NCBI GenBank assembly: GCA_964361705.1
Contig: CAYIBP010000002.1
Span: 12,435-76,434 of the forward strand
Reading direction: 5' to 3'
Origin: an uncultured Candidatus Saccharibacteria bacterium
GTDB lineage: Bacteria; Patescibacteriota; Minisyncoccia; Phycocordibacterales; UBA9973
DNA: 64,000 nucleotides
The notes beneath the pieces are model-generated. The model saw only the letters and a list, made by a program, of their open reading frames with translations. It was not told the origin of the DNA and made no database searches. Positions 9,750 to 18,222 of this stretch are shown here, one piece after another. The first letter of the stretch is position 1, and each line of letters opens with the position of its first letter. The position numbers and the translations under genes were made by a program.

Positions 9750-10466
9750 ATGAAAAACATAATATTCTTTGACACCGAAACCACCGGCAACACCGAAAAA
9801 GACCTTCTGTGCCAGATAGCTTATAAAAACAAAGACGAAGATTTTGTCGCTCTTTATAATCCGAACCTAAAAATCCCTCCCGAGGCATCTGCGGTGCATC
9901 ACATCACAAACAAAATGGTAGCAGACAAACCTGTTTTCAAAGAAAGCGCAGAATATGAAAAAATAAAAAATCTTTTTGAAGATGAAAACACCGTTCTCGT
10001 CGCGCACAACGCAGTTTTTGATTTGATGATTATAAAAAAAGAAAGCATAGAGCCCAAGAATTTTATCTGCACACTGCGAGTAGCAAGATACTTGGATCCA
10101 GAAGAAAAGATAGAAAGATACAACCTGCAATATTTGCGCTACCTATTGGAGATAGAAGTAGACGCCACAGCGCACGACGCAATGGGTGATGTATTTGTTT
10201 TGGAAAAACTATATGAGAGATTGAAAAAGAAAATAATAGAGATAGAGAATCTGGATGAAGAAAAAGCGATAGAAAGAATGCAAGAAATATCTTCTCATCC
10301 GTCGCTCCTGCGATCCTTTGGCTTCGGCAAGTACATAGGTAAAAAAATAGAAGAAGTAGCAAGAACCGATCGCGGATACCTCGAATGGCTCCTAAAACAA
10401 AAACAAGAAAGTAATCAAAATGAAGAAGATTGGATATATACTTTGAAACATTATCTAGGGAAATGA
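9750..10466 (+). CDS. DEDDh 3'-5' exonuclease (DnaQ-like) with a C-terminal DUF3820-like extension
   Basis: FFDTETTG (Exo I), VAHNAVFD (Exo II) and HDAMGD (Exo III). C-terminal GFGKYIGKKIEE...GYLEWLL. Confidence 0.75.
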   Translation: MKNIIFFDTETTGNTEKDLLCQIAYKNKDEDFVALYNPNLKIPPEASAVHHITNKMVADKPVFKESAEYEKIKNLFEDENTVLVAHNAVFDLMIIKKESIEPKNFICTLRVARYLDPEEKIERYNLQYLRYLLEIEVDATAHDAMGDVFVLEKLYERLKKKIIEIENLDEEKAIERMQEISSHPSLLRSFGFGKYIGKKIEEVARTDRGYLEWLLKQKQESNQNEEDWIYTLKHYLGK

Positions 10467-10481
10467 TGTTAAAATAAACTT

Positions 10482-11579
10482 ATGCAAAATGTGACTTATG
10501 TAGTATTGGGAATATTGGTCGGGTTCGTTTTTGGCGCGGTGGTCTTTATACTTCGCAAACAAAAAAGCAAAAACGAAAAAGAAGATTCTGCGAAAGATCA
10601 ATCTTTCCTTTTGCTCCAACAACAAATGTCTGAACTTGCTCGAACACTTGATTCGAAACTCACTGAATCAAGGCGAGATATGCAAGATGTCGTCAGCGTA
10701 CAATTTCGAGAATCACAAAAACTTCTCAAAGACATAAATGAGCAAATGAGCAAGAGCTTGATAGATGTGGCGCGTGAACAGACTAAAACCAATGAAGCAA
10801 CTAGACAATTCGTGACTATAGCAGAGAAACTCGGCGACCTTGAGAAAACTTTAAAACATCAAAAGCAACGAGGCAACTGGGGCGAAGCCTCTTTGGAACT
10901 CATCCTTTCAAATACTCTTGCCCCTGGCCAATACAAAATGCAGTATGAATTTAAAAATAAAGAAGTTGTGGACGCGGTTATCGTAACCAAAGAAGGAATA
11001 ATACCAATAGACGCAAAATTCTCGCTCGACAATTACGATCGCGTAGTGCATGCGGTAGATGACAAACAACGCGAAGAATTGGAAAAAGAATTTAAAAATG
11101 ATCTCAAGCGTCGTATAGATGAGACAGCAAAATATGTCAGACCCGAAGAAGGCACATTACCTTTTGCATTTATGTACATACCCGCAGAGGCGATATATTA
11201 TGACTTGCTCGTAAACGAAGTCGGTTCTATAAAAGTAAACACTCGCAATCTCATAGACTACGCATACAACGACAAAAAAGTAATCGTTATTTCCCCTACT
11301 ACATTCATGGCATATTTGCAGTCGGTACTTTACGGATTCAAAGCTTTTCGAATAGAAGAGTCCGCCAAAGAAATAATCAAAAAAGTCGAAGACCTTGGTA
11401 AACATTTAAAATCTTTTGACGAATATCACGGCAAACTCGGCAACGCACTCTCTACCGTAGTAAACCACTACAACGCCTCCGGCAAAGAATTGAAAAAAAT
11501 AGATAAAGATGTGCTCCGCATCACCGGCACTTCACCAGAGCTTGCAACACTTTCAATAGAGAAACCAAAGGAAGAATAA
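10482..11579 (+). CDS. rmuC: DNA recombination protein RmuC
   Basis: N-terminal TM helix, long coiled-coil and conserved RmuC C-terminus (FMYIPAEAIYYD...VISPTTFMAYLQ). Confidence 0.8.
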   Translation: MQNVTYVVLGILVGFVFGAVVFILRKQKSKNEKEDSAKDQSFLLLQQQMSELARTLDSKLTESRRDMQDVVSVQFRESQKLLKDINEQMSKSLIDVAREQTKTNEATRQFVTIAEKLGDLEKTLKHQKQRGNWGEASLELILSNTLAPGQYKMQYEFKNKEVVDAVIVTKEGIIPIDAKFSLDNYDRVVHAVDDKQREELEKEFKNDLKRRIDETAKYVRPEEGTLPFAFMYIPAEAIYYDLLVNEVGSIKVNTRNLIDYAYNDKKVIVISPTTFMAYLQSVLYGFKAFRIEESAKEIIKKVEDLGKHLKSFDEYHGKLGNALSTVVNHYNASGKELKKIDKDVLRITGTSPELATLSIEKPKEE

Positions 11580-12384
11580 ATGGAAAATATTCCAAACTAT
11601 TTTAACAAAGAAACAACCTCTCATAGACTCATGTTGACACTTGAGACTGCAATAAGATTACAAGTAAAAGATATTGAGGTAATAGGAATAGAAAATCTAG
11701 AAAAAATTCCTACTGGTAGTAAAATAATAATAGCTACTACACATCTCACTGATCTGGATGTCCCACTTGCTACTTATGCACTAGGCAATAAATTAAATTT
11801 GATTATTACAAATCAATCCACACAACACAAGCTAACAGAAGACCCTCTTGAAAATATAAGCATGCATATTGCAGGAAAATCAAATTTTCTACCCATTGAT
11901 TATAAAAAAAAGAGGAAAATTAAAAATCCCAAGCAAATTCAACCCAGCCAATTTCATCCCTATGCGTAAAGCCCTCGAGGAAGGTAAAAGTATAATTATG
12001 GCATCACACAATCCGTGTCTGAAGGCAACAAACAGTTTAGATGGCATCAAAGGTGGCTATGGAGCAATCTACCTAGCAAATATCTCAGACGCTTTTATCT
12101 TGCCAGTAGCGGTAGAAATAATTGGAATAAAGGAAGCGGGTATGTCTGAAACAAAAATCAAAACATTCCTGCACAAACCTAATGCCATAATCCATATTGG
12201 TCCCCCTATAAAACTGGAAAAAATAAAAGGAATAGAAGATCTGGAAGAACTTGCAAAAAATGAAATCAACGTAGATTTAAAAAAGACGACCTATTTATCA
12301 GTATTAAAAAAACTAGAGAGCTCCCTAAAAACTCAATCCCAATTCCTGATGAGCCAGCTGGCAATGCTAATGCCAAAAAAATAA
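11580..12384 (+). pseudogene. PlsC/LPLAT-family acyltransferase interrupted by a frameshift in an A8 run (11904-11911). The two overlapping ORFs are 11580-11969 and 11869-12384.
   Basis: The HX4D motif (THLTDLD) and GKSNFLPID are in frame 0. The continuation, FIPMRKALEEGKSIIMASHNP, is in the other frame. Deleting one A restores a single ORF. Confidence 0.55.
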
Positions 12385-12467
12385 GCTAGCATTTTACCAG
12401 AACTCGCGACGCTATCTTTGGAGAAGCCAAAAAAGAGAAATAAACTACCGAATTACTACACTTCACC

Positions 12468-12812
12468 TCACAAATCTCTTTTCATCTTTCTCATTTTTAC
12501 CAGACAAAGACAGATCTCATTCATAGTAAGATTGGCTTTTGTTAAGGTTGTAACAATATTATTGTAATCTTTAGCAAAACTATAAAAAATTTGGTTTATC
12601 TCTTGGGTTGTTCTGCCTGTGTAAGCCTCTAGAGTTTGTAAATCGGAAGCTACATCTCTTGCCTCTTCTAGATTTTCTGAATCGATACAGGCAAAAACAG
12701 AGGTAAATTGATTAAATGCATCATCTAATAATTCTTTAAAGGAATCAAATCCCCTATCGGATTGCATGCCCTGTCCTTTAATTTTATCACCTGGAGTTGC
12801 AAGACTTTCCAT
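12468..12812 (-). CDS. Hypothetical protein
   Basis: 114-aa ORF with no recognisable motifs. Confidence 0.3.
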   Translation of the reverse strand: MESLATPGDKIKGQGMQSDRGFDSFKELLDDAFNQFTSVFACIDSENLEEARDVASDLQTLEAYTGRTTQEINQIFYSFAKDYNNIVTTLTKANLTMNEICLCLVKMRKMKRDL

Positions 12813-12876
12813 AATAGATTCTATTGTATCAGAGTCTTACATTTTTTTCAAAAAAATGATATATTCTTTTTTATCA

Positions 12877-12951
12877 GGCCTTATCGTCTAATAGTTAGGA
12901 CGGAAGCTTCTCAAGCTTCAAATCTGGGTGCGATTCCCAGTAAGGTCACCA
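12877..12951 (+). tRNA. tRNA-Glu (anticodon CUC), CCA encoded
   Basis: Cloverleaf folded by hand: acceptor GGCCTTA/TAAGGTC, anticodon loop TTCTCAA, T-stem CTGGG/CCCAG, then ACCA. Confidence 0.8.
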
Positions 12952-14671
12952 ACTGGTTTTCATCAGGCGTAAATCCTGAAGAAAGCTTGAACACATAGGA
13001 CAATTTAGGTGTTCCATTAACTACTTCTTTATAAGTAGGCATTTTTTCGAATACAAGACCGAACAGATCTCTTTGTACTCTTGGATTGCTTGGGTTTAGT
13101 AGTATTTCTGCTGGGTGTTCCATTATTTTCTTCGCATCTCGCATAAATGCCTTGATATCATCTCGAGATATCTGTATTTTATGGCGCTGGTTGCCTGCAG
13201 CTTTAATCTTTACTTCTAAGTCTTCAATTTCTTTTTCAAGCTTTTCTCGTATAACCTGACTTTTTGTTACTTCAAATGCTTCAAGCTTTGATACTTGTTG
13301 TATCTCTAGGTCTGCGATATTTTGGTGAATGTCGCCAGATGCCCTAACAATTTCCTTTTCTCGTTTCCTATATTTGTTTAAGAATGTTGCTTCTAGCCCA
13401 TTAAGTACTTCAGGGACAAACTTCAAACTTTTGATGTATTTCTCTACGTTATGGTCAAAATCTTTCTTGTTTACAGCGAACCTCTCATGATTTCGAGCAC
13501 AATGATAAGATGGAAATCCTTCACCCGACTTGCCTTTAGATACACTTCCCAAAAATGGCTTAGGGCAAAGTGGGCATAATATAAATTTATATGGGAATAA
13601 CGGGTTGAATTTCATTCTTTCTTTACCTGATCTCCCAAAAGGATATCCTTGTACTAGTTCTAGACTACCGTCGACATTTTTCATTATAGCCAACTTACCC
13701 TTATTCGCTTGATTAAAGAGCTCTATTGAAACAAGACCATCATATTGGGCCTTCACGGGTTTGTAGAATGTCCATTTTTCACAAAGTACACCAGCATAGA
13801 TTGTATTTACAATAATACGTTGAAGTTGTTTGACGGTAAGAGGAATTCCTCCTGTTTGGCCAATTATTTTTTTATGGTCTTTGCTGTATCTATCTTGAAA
13901 TGGGGAGCGATAGCCCATAGCATTTACTCTGTCCACAATCTCAGGATCGCTTAACCCTTGAGCTCTTAGTGTAAACATTGCAATATAAAATTTTGCTCGC
14001 TCGGGGTGTGGCAATTGAATGGTTTTCTTTTTTCCATCAACGAATACTTTTTTATTGGTGAATCCATCTGCTGGCCGACGAGCACGATAACCTTGTTGTG
14101 TGAGTCGAATCTCTTGTCCAATCATACGAGTGAGGATGCTAGTGACTTCTTGATTCGCAACAGTTGCTAAAACATTCTCTGTAATTTCACTAGGATGATA
14201 CTTACTCCAATCATATTCCATTCCAAGATTTTCAAGTGTGTTTATAGAAGGTTGTATAACGCCGTTAGTATCTATCATCGCAACTCCATATTTAGCGAGT
14301 TCTCTTTTCATTCTAGAATATTCTTCGCTTCCTGCACGTGTCGCTCGATCAATAGATTTGAAAACGTAATAATCAACCAATCTAGGATGAGCTTTTATGT
14401 ATACAAGTATATCCTCAAAATCTTCTCTATCTGTTTTTCTACCTGAAATGGCCGTAGACCAAACTTTTCCATTGGGCACAATATGCCAATCTCTATCAGA
14501 TATAAATTTACGAATATCACTTTCTTGTCGTTCTAAACTTTCACCGTCCTGTTGTTTCAGAGAGCTTACTCTACACTGAACGACACAATTTTTCTCTTTT
14601 TTATCGTTGATTTTCATAATAATTACTACTATCACATTATGCGCTATTTTTTTCACGAAGCCAATTGTCAA
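12911..14671 (-). CDS. Large serine recombinase (integrase). Its 3' end runs 41 nt into the 3' half of tRNA-Glu.
   Basis: Resolvase catalytic domain VVQCRVSSLKQQDGESLERQ...YVFKSIDRATR, a zinc-ribbon CPLCPKP...HCARNH and a coiled-coil. 586 aa. Confidence 0.85.
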   Translation of the reverse strand: MTIGFVKKIAHNVIVVIIMKINDKKEKNCVVQCRVSSLKQQDGESLERQESDIRKFISDRDWHIVPNGKVWSTAISGRKTDREDFEDILVYIKAHPRLVDYYVFKSIDRATRAGSEEYSRMKRELAKYGVAMIDTNGVIQPSINTLENLGMEYDWSKYHPSEITENVLATVANQEVTSILTRMIGQEIRLTQQGYRARRPADGFTNKKVFVDGKKKTIQLPHPERAKFYIAMFTLRAQGLSDPEIVDRVNAMGYRSPFQDRYSKDHKKIIGQTGGIPLTVKQLQRIIVNTIYAGVLCEKWTFYKPVKAQYDGLVSIELFNQANKGKLAIMKNVDGSLELVQGYPFGRSGKERMKFNPLFPYKFILCPLCPKPFLGSVSKGKSGEGFPSYHCARNHERFAVNKKDFDHNVEKYIKSLKFVPEVLNGLEATFLNKYRKREKEIVRASGDIHQNIADLEIQQVSKLEAFEVTKSQVIREKLEKEIEDLEVKIKAAGNQRHKIQISRDDIKAFMRDAKKIMEHPAEILLNPSNPRVQRDLFGLVFEKMPTYKEVVNGTPKLSYVFKLSSGFTPDENQLVTLLGIAPRFEA

Positions 14672-14870
14672 AAAATAGGTCTGCTATTCTGTCGCAGGTA
14701 ATTCGCATTTGCTCAATTTGTTCATCAGTATATTTACTACTTTCAGGACCTAGTGATTTTTTGAATTCTTCAAAAGATAATTCTGTGGAATTTGAAAATT
14801 CACCCGATCCATTATTCTCAGGAGTTACCTTGTGTTCATTTTTGGTGAATTTTTTGGGTTCGTATTTCAC
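14637..14870 (-). CDS. Hypothetical small acidic protein
   Basis: 77-aa ORF directly upstream of the recombinase gene. Confidence 0.3.
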   Translation of the reverse strand: MKYEPKKFTKNEHKVTPENNGSGEFSNSTELSFEEFKKSLGPESSKYTDEQIEQMRITCDRIADLFFDNWLREKNSA

Positions 14871-14990
14871 CCTTTATTTATATAAAAAAGAGTGCTACGA
14901 AATACATACATCGTAGCTACGATTCGTCAAATATAAGGCGTTAAATTTAATGACTATTTAATTTGCTATCAACAGTGACTGTATCGCACT

Positions 14991-15677
14991 TCATTCTTTT
15001 TTGATTTTTATTTTTTTATTGAGTTTGTAACCTTCACCTTGATTACTTTCAATAAATTCTTGTTCATTTAATCCAAATTCCTTTTCAGCTTTAATTCTCA
15101 ATTTTGCAATTTCTGTGCCGAGTGTCCTTGTGGTTGTATTTATCTTCTTAGCAAGTATATCGCTTTTTGTAAATTCTTCATTTTCAGAAAACCACTCAAG
15201 TATACGATATCGCACACCGTTAGGTTTAAATTTTAATGAACGTTCTTTACCTGAAATATTAGAATGCAAATCACGAGGTGTTAACCAGAAAACCCTTGAA
15301 GCAATCCTTGCATCTTGACTAATTGTCTTTTCAGAATATTTAATTTCCCAATATAAATTTGTTACATCTAAAGGTCTACCATTTTCTCCCATTATACCAA
15401 CTCTTGCGCCAAGTACATTTTGATCAGTAACCGTGGATGGTTTTATGGCTCTAATTTTAAAGCGTCCCGATGATTCTTTCTCAACAACAGAAATCGCCAA
15501 CAGTACATCATTCAGTTTTGATGATCTGAAAATATCAGAGTAATTTTTCACCAAATCGTCCCAAAAGTATAGCTTTAGGGTAATACCATCTCTAAGCTCA
15601 CCGACTACACTCAAATCATCAATTTTGCGCTCTAGGACTTCTAAGATAGCTCTTTGCCTTAGTATTGGGTCAACCAT
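14991..15677 (-). CDS. DNA-binding protein with a C-terminal OmpR/PhoB-type winged helix (Trans_reg_C-like). N-terminal domain unknown.
   Basis: C-terminus YRILEWFSENEEFTKSDILAKKI...TLGTEIAKLRIK...GEGYKL. Confidence 0.45.
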   Translation of the reverse strand: MVDPILRQRAILEVLERKIDDLSVVGELRDGITLKLYFWDDLVKNYSDIFRSSKLNDVLLAISVVEKESSGRFKIRAIKPSTVTDQNVLGARVGIMGENGRPLDVTNLYWEIKYSEKTISQDARIASRVFWLTPRDLHSNISGKERSLKFKPNGVRYRILEWFSENEEFTKSDILAKKINTTTRTLGTEIAKLRIKAEKEFGLNEQEFIESNQGEGYKLNKKIKIKKE

Positions 15678-15920
15678 TTCATTATTATTACACAGTTTTG
15701 TGTCTTTATGCTATTATTAAGCTTACAAATAAATAAGCGACCTAACCCCTTAAGATTTCTTGAGGATATGGTCAAAAGACCCATAGAAGATACTGAACCC
15801 TACGTTCAGCAACTCTTCTATGGGCTATACAGGGAAACTTGTATAGGGTCGTAAGACCTAGCTGGCGTGGGGTTCTGTGCTTCTCACTGCTAGCCATTAT
15901 CAGCTAGCTTTTTATTTTCT

Positions 15921-16781
15921 ATGAAAAACAAATTGAACATAATTTTGAGTATTTTAGTCGCATTTATTTTAATACCTCAAATAGCTCTTGCTTCTTGGTG
16001 GAATCCATTCACTTGGTTTAATAAAAATACTAAACCTGCTGTAGAACAAACTGTTCAGGTACAGCAAAATAATGTTTTAGTTGAAGATAAAAAATTAACT
16101 GAGAAAAAAGTTTCAGAAAATAAAACTCTTACTAAAAAAGTAAACAATACTGACAAAAAATCTAAAAAAGAACCCAACACTCCTAACATACCACAAGTGG
16201 TAATCACTTCAACTCCAACAGTTATTGATGTGTGTAAAAACATCAATGGAATTCAAACAAATGTTTCTAGTGATGTGCGCATAATAGATGACAGCATTTG
16301 CTTACCTATCCCCGATTTATGTAAAAATGTTGAAGGAGCTCAATCATCTTATATTCCTAAAGGAATGTACCGCGAAAAAGATGGCAACTGTTATCCAAAA
16401 CCCATAGAAATTTACCTTCCCGAACCACAACAAACCACACAAAACACAAACCCAGTATCTACGCCAGTCGTTTCACCAGTTGATACAACACCGAAAGAAA
16501 TAACTCAGGAAGAAATGATGAGTGGTTTTATATATCAGTGGACAAATAATGATGTTCATACGTTGTGGATTGCAACAGACGGAGCACAGAAAGGTGACAT
16601 TGTAACTTTATCTTTTAATAATCTTACTGAAACTAAGACTGTGAAAGATGTCTCAAGCAAAAATTCGATTTGGTCGGGATGGACTTTTGATAACCTCGAT
16701 TTCAGTAAAGAATATCCAGTGTTCATAAAAATAGAACGTGGAAATAAATTTACAGTCTTTAATGGTATTGTTAAAAATTAA
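15921..16781 (+). CDS. Secreted hypothetical protein with repeated CKN(I/V)xG(I/A)Q Cys motifs
   Basis: Signal peptide MKNKLNIILSILVAFILIPQIALA, followed by an S/T/P/Q-rich linker. Confidence 0.45.
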   Translation: MKNKLNIILSILVAFILIPQIALASWWNPFTWFNKNTKPAVEQTVQVQQNNVLVEDKKLTEKKVSENKTLTKKVNNTDKKSKKEPNTPNIPQVVITSTPTVIDVCKNINGIQTNVSSDVRIIDDSICLPIPDLCKNVEGAQSSYIPKGMYREKDGNCYPKPIEIYLPEPQQTTQNTNPVSTPVVSPVDTTPKEITQEEMMSGFIYQWTNNDVHTLWIATDGAQKGDIVTLSFNNLTETKTVKDVSSKNSIWSGWTFDNLDFSKEYPVFIKIERGNKFTVFNGIVKN

Positions 16782-16853
16782 ATTTATACTAGGATTTCTA
16801 TATGCAATCAATAAAAATGATATTATTGATTTACCCACGACAACTTAAATATA

Positions 16854-17366
16854 ATGAAAAAATTCTTTAGCGATAAAAATAAAATAGTACTGTCTCTTAT
16901 TGTTGTTATAGCTTTCTTATCCCTTAATTTATCTTTAACAGCTATATTTATTTCTAATACATCTCATGAAATCGAGCAAGAAACCGAGATTGAATCTATT
17001 GCAATAAAAAATCCCTGCATGGCAGATGGTAAATCCAACCTTGAGTGGATCGCCTGCGAAAAAGATTTTTTAGTGATGATTAAGAAAGAAAAGGAAAGAT
17101 ACTTTGATAAGTTGATGAACTTGTTTACGAATAATTCAGAAAAGATGTTGGCCAACGATTCAGAACTGCTAAAAGAATTTACTGATTGGTATGAAAATTC
17201 CAATAACGCTAACCATACAAGGTGTCTGGCCGAAATGTATTACACTCGCGCCGGTTCTGCTTACGAAGGTAATATGACACGTTGCCAGTCTAGTGAAGCA
17301 CAACGAGACATTGAATTACTTAATAAAAATTTTGATTTTCTTTTCGATTCATACGATTATGAATAA
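16854..17366 (+). CDS. Secreted or membrane-anchored protein, possibly DUF1311/LprI-like
   Basis: N-terminal TM/signal sequence. Paired Cys with W/Y/R pattern (WIACEKD...DWYEN...TRC...EGNMTRC). Confidence 0.35.
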   Translation: MKKFFSDKNKIVLSLIVVIAFLSLNLSLTAIFISNTSHEIEQETEIESIAIKNPCMADGKSNLEWIACEKDFLVMIKKEKERYFDKLMNLFTNNSEKMLANDSELLKEFTDWYENSNNANHTRCLAEMYYTRAGSAYEGNMTRCQSSEAQRDIELLNKNFDFLFDSYDYE

Positions 17367-17598
17367 TAAATTAATCTAAAAACTAGACATGGGAATACTT
17401 AGCGTTTTATTGGTAATAGTTTGGATAGTTCTTCGCTCTATGGGGTTAATCCACATGCCTTGGGATAAATAAATTAGACAAAGTGTAATAATAATGGCAC
17501 CAAACTCGTGACCTTGTGTAACCTCGGGGATTACGGCTCATAAATGGGGTAAGGTGGCACTTGCTTACAAATCTCACCACCCCTCGGTAAATTGCCGT

Positions 17599-18201
17599 TT
17601 ATCGTTTGACGAGGATTCTTTTCTGCATATTTTTGTATATCTTATCTTCGTACTCATCAAGTAGGGCCTGATCTTCCTTGTCGATTTCCTCGTCTTGAAT
17701 ATTTTCAACAACAAGGCGAGTCTTATTCATTTCTTTTTCCATATGTTCAAGATATCGCCAAGAGTCGGGGATATTTTTATTATTTTGAATAGATTCTGCT
17801 ATATTTCGCCTAGCCCATAATTTTAAATTGCTTTCTCGGGTATTTTCTACTTCTTCAGCAAATTCAAGATCACTCTCCATGATATCGTCATACTCTTTTT
17901 CGGTCAGTTTATTGGCATGCAAGCGTTGCTCGTTAACGGGAGCTCCAATTAGTGCAGCTTCCTTAATTTTCGTTCTTCTAAAATCGGTCAATAATTGGGC
18001 TAATTCGTCCCGTAGTTCAGGAGTTTCTTGTAACCATCTGTAGTAGGTCGTGGCACCAATTCCTGCATATTCATATTGCTTTTTTGGTCTTTCGCCTCGG
18101 CCAGCCATGTCTTTCAACTTCGGAACACTCACGCAACGCTCTTCTCGCATGGATTCAGAGATTTTTTTGTTTATTTTTGATCGTTTTGTGGGCCTAGGCA
18201 T
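17599..18201 (-). CDS. HTH DNA-binding protein with a phage terminase small-subunit-like N-terminus
   Basis: MPRPTKRSKI...YAGIGATTYYRWLQETPELRDEL resembles small-terminase/HTH N-termini, followed by an acidic C-terminal half. It is the last gene of the methyltransferase-GHKL operon. Confidence 0.45.
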   Translation of the reverse strand: MPRPTKRSKINKKISESMREERCVSVPKLKDMAGRGERPKKQYEYAGIGATTYYRWLQETPELRDELAQLLTDFRRTKIKEAALIGAPVNEQRLHANKLTEKEYDDIMESDLEFAEEVENTRESNLKLWARRNIAESIQNNKNIPDSWRYLEHMEKEMNKTRLVVENIQDEEIDKEDQALLDEYEDKIYKNMQKRILVKR

Positions 18202-18222
18202 CTAAGTAAAATAAAAAACAGA

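Noticed and set aside
9712-9888. N-terminal 59-aa extension of the YqeY-domain ORF (track start at 9888).
   Set aside because: The extension is Cys/Phe-rich nonsense (CFYKLSG...CCRWFRCQRILCF) and would overlap the divergent exonuclease gene. The internal Met at 9711 gives a canonical YqeY protein.
12841-12862. AT palindrome CATTTTTTTCAAAAAAATG upstream of tRNA-Glu.
   Set aside because: Near-palindrome of A/T homopolymers, probably promoter-region AT bias rather than a specific site.
17370-17598. Relatively GC-rich convergent intergenic region, with runs such as GGTGGCACTTGCTTACAAATCTCACCACC, considered as a possible tRNA or ncRNA.
   Set aside because: No cloverleaf could be folded. It is probably just paired terminators between convergent genes. 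Left unannotated.
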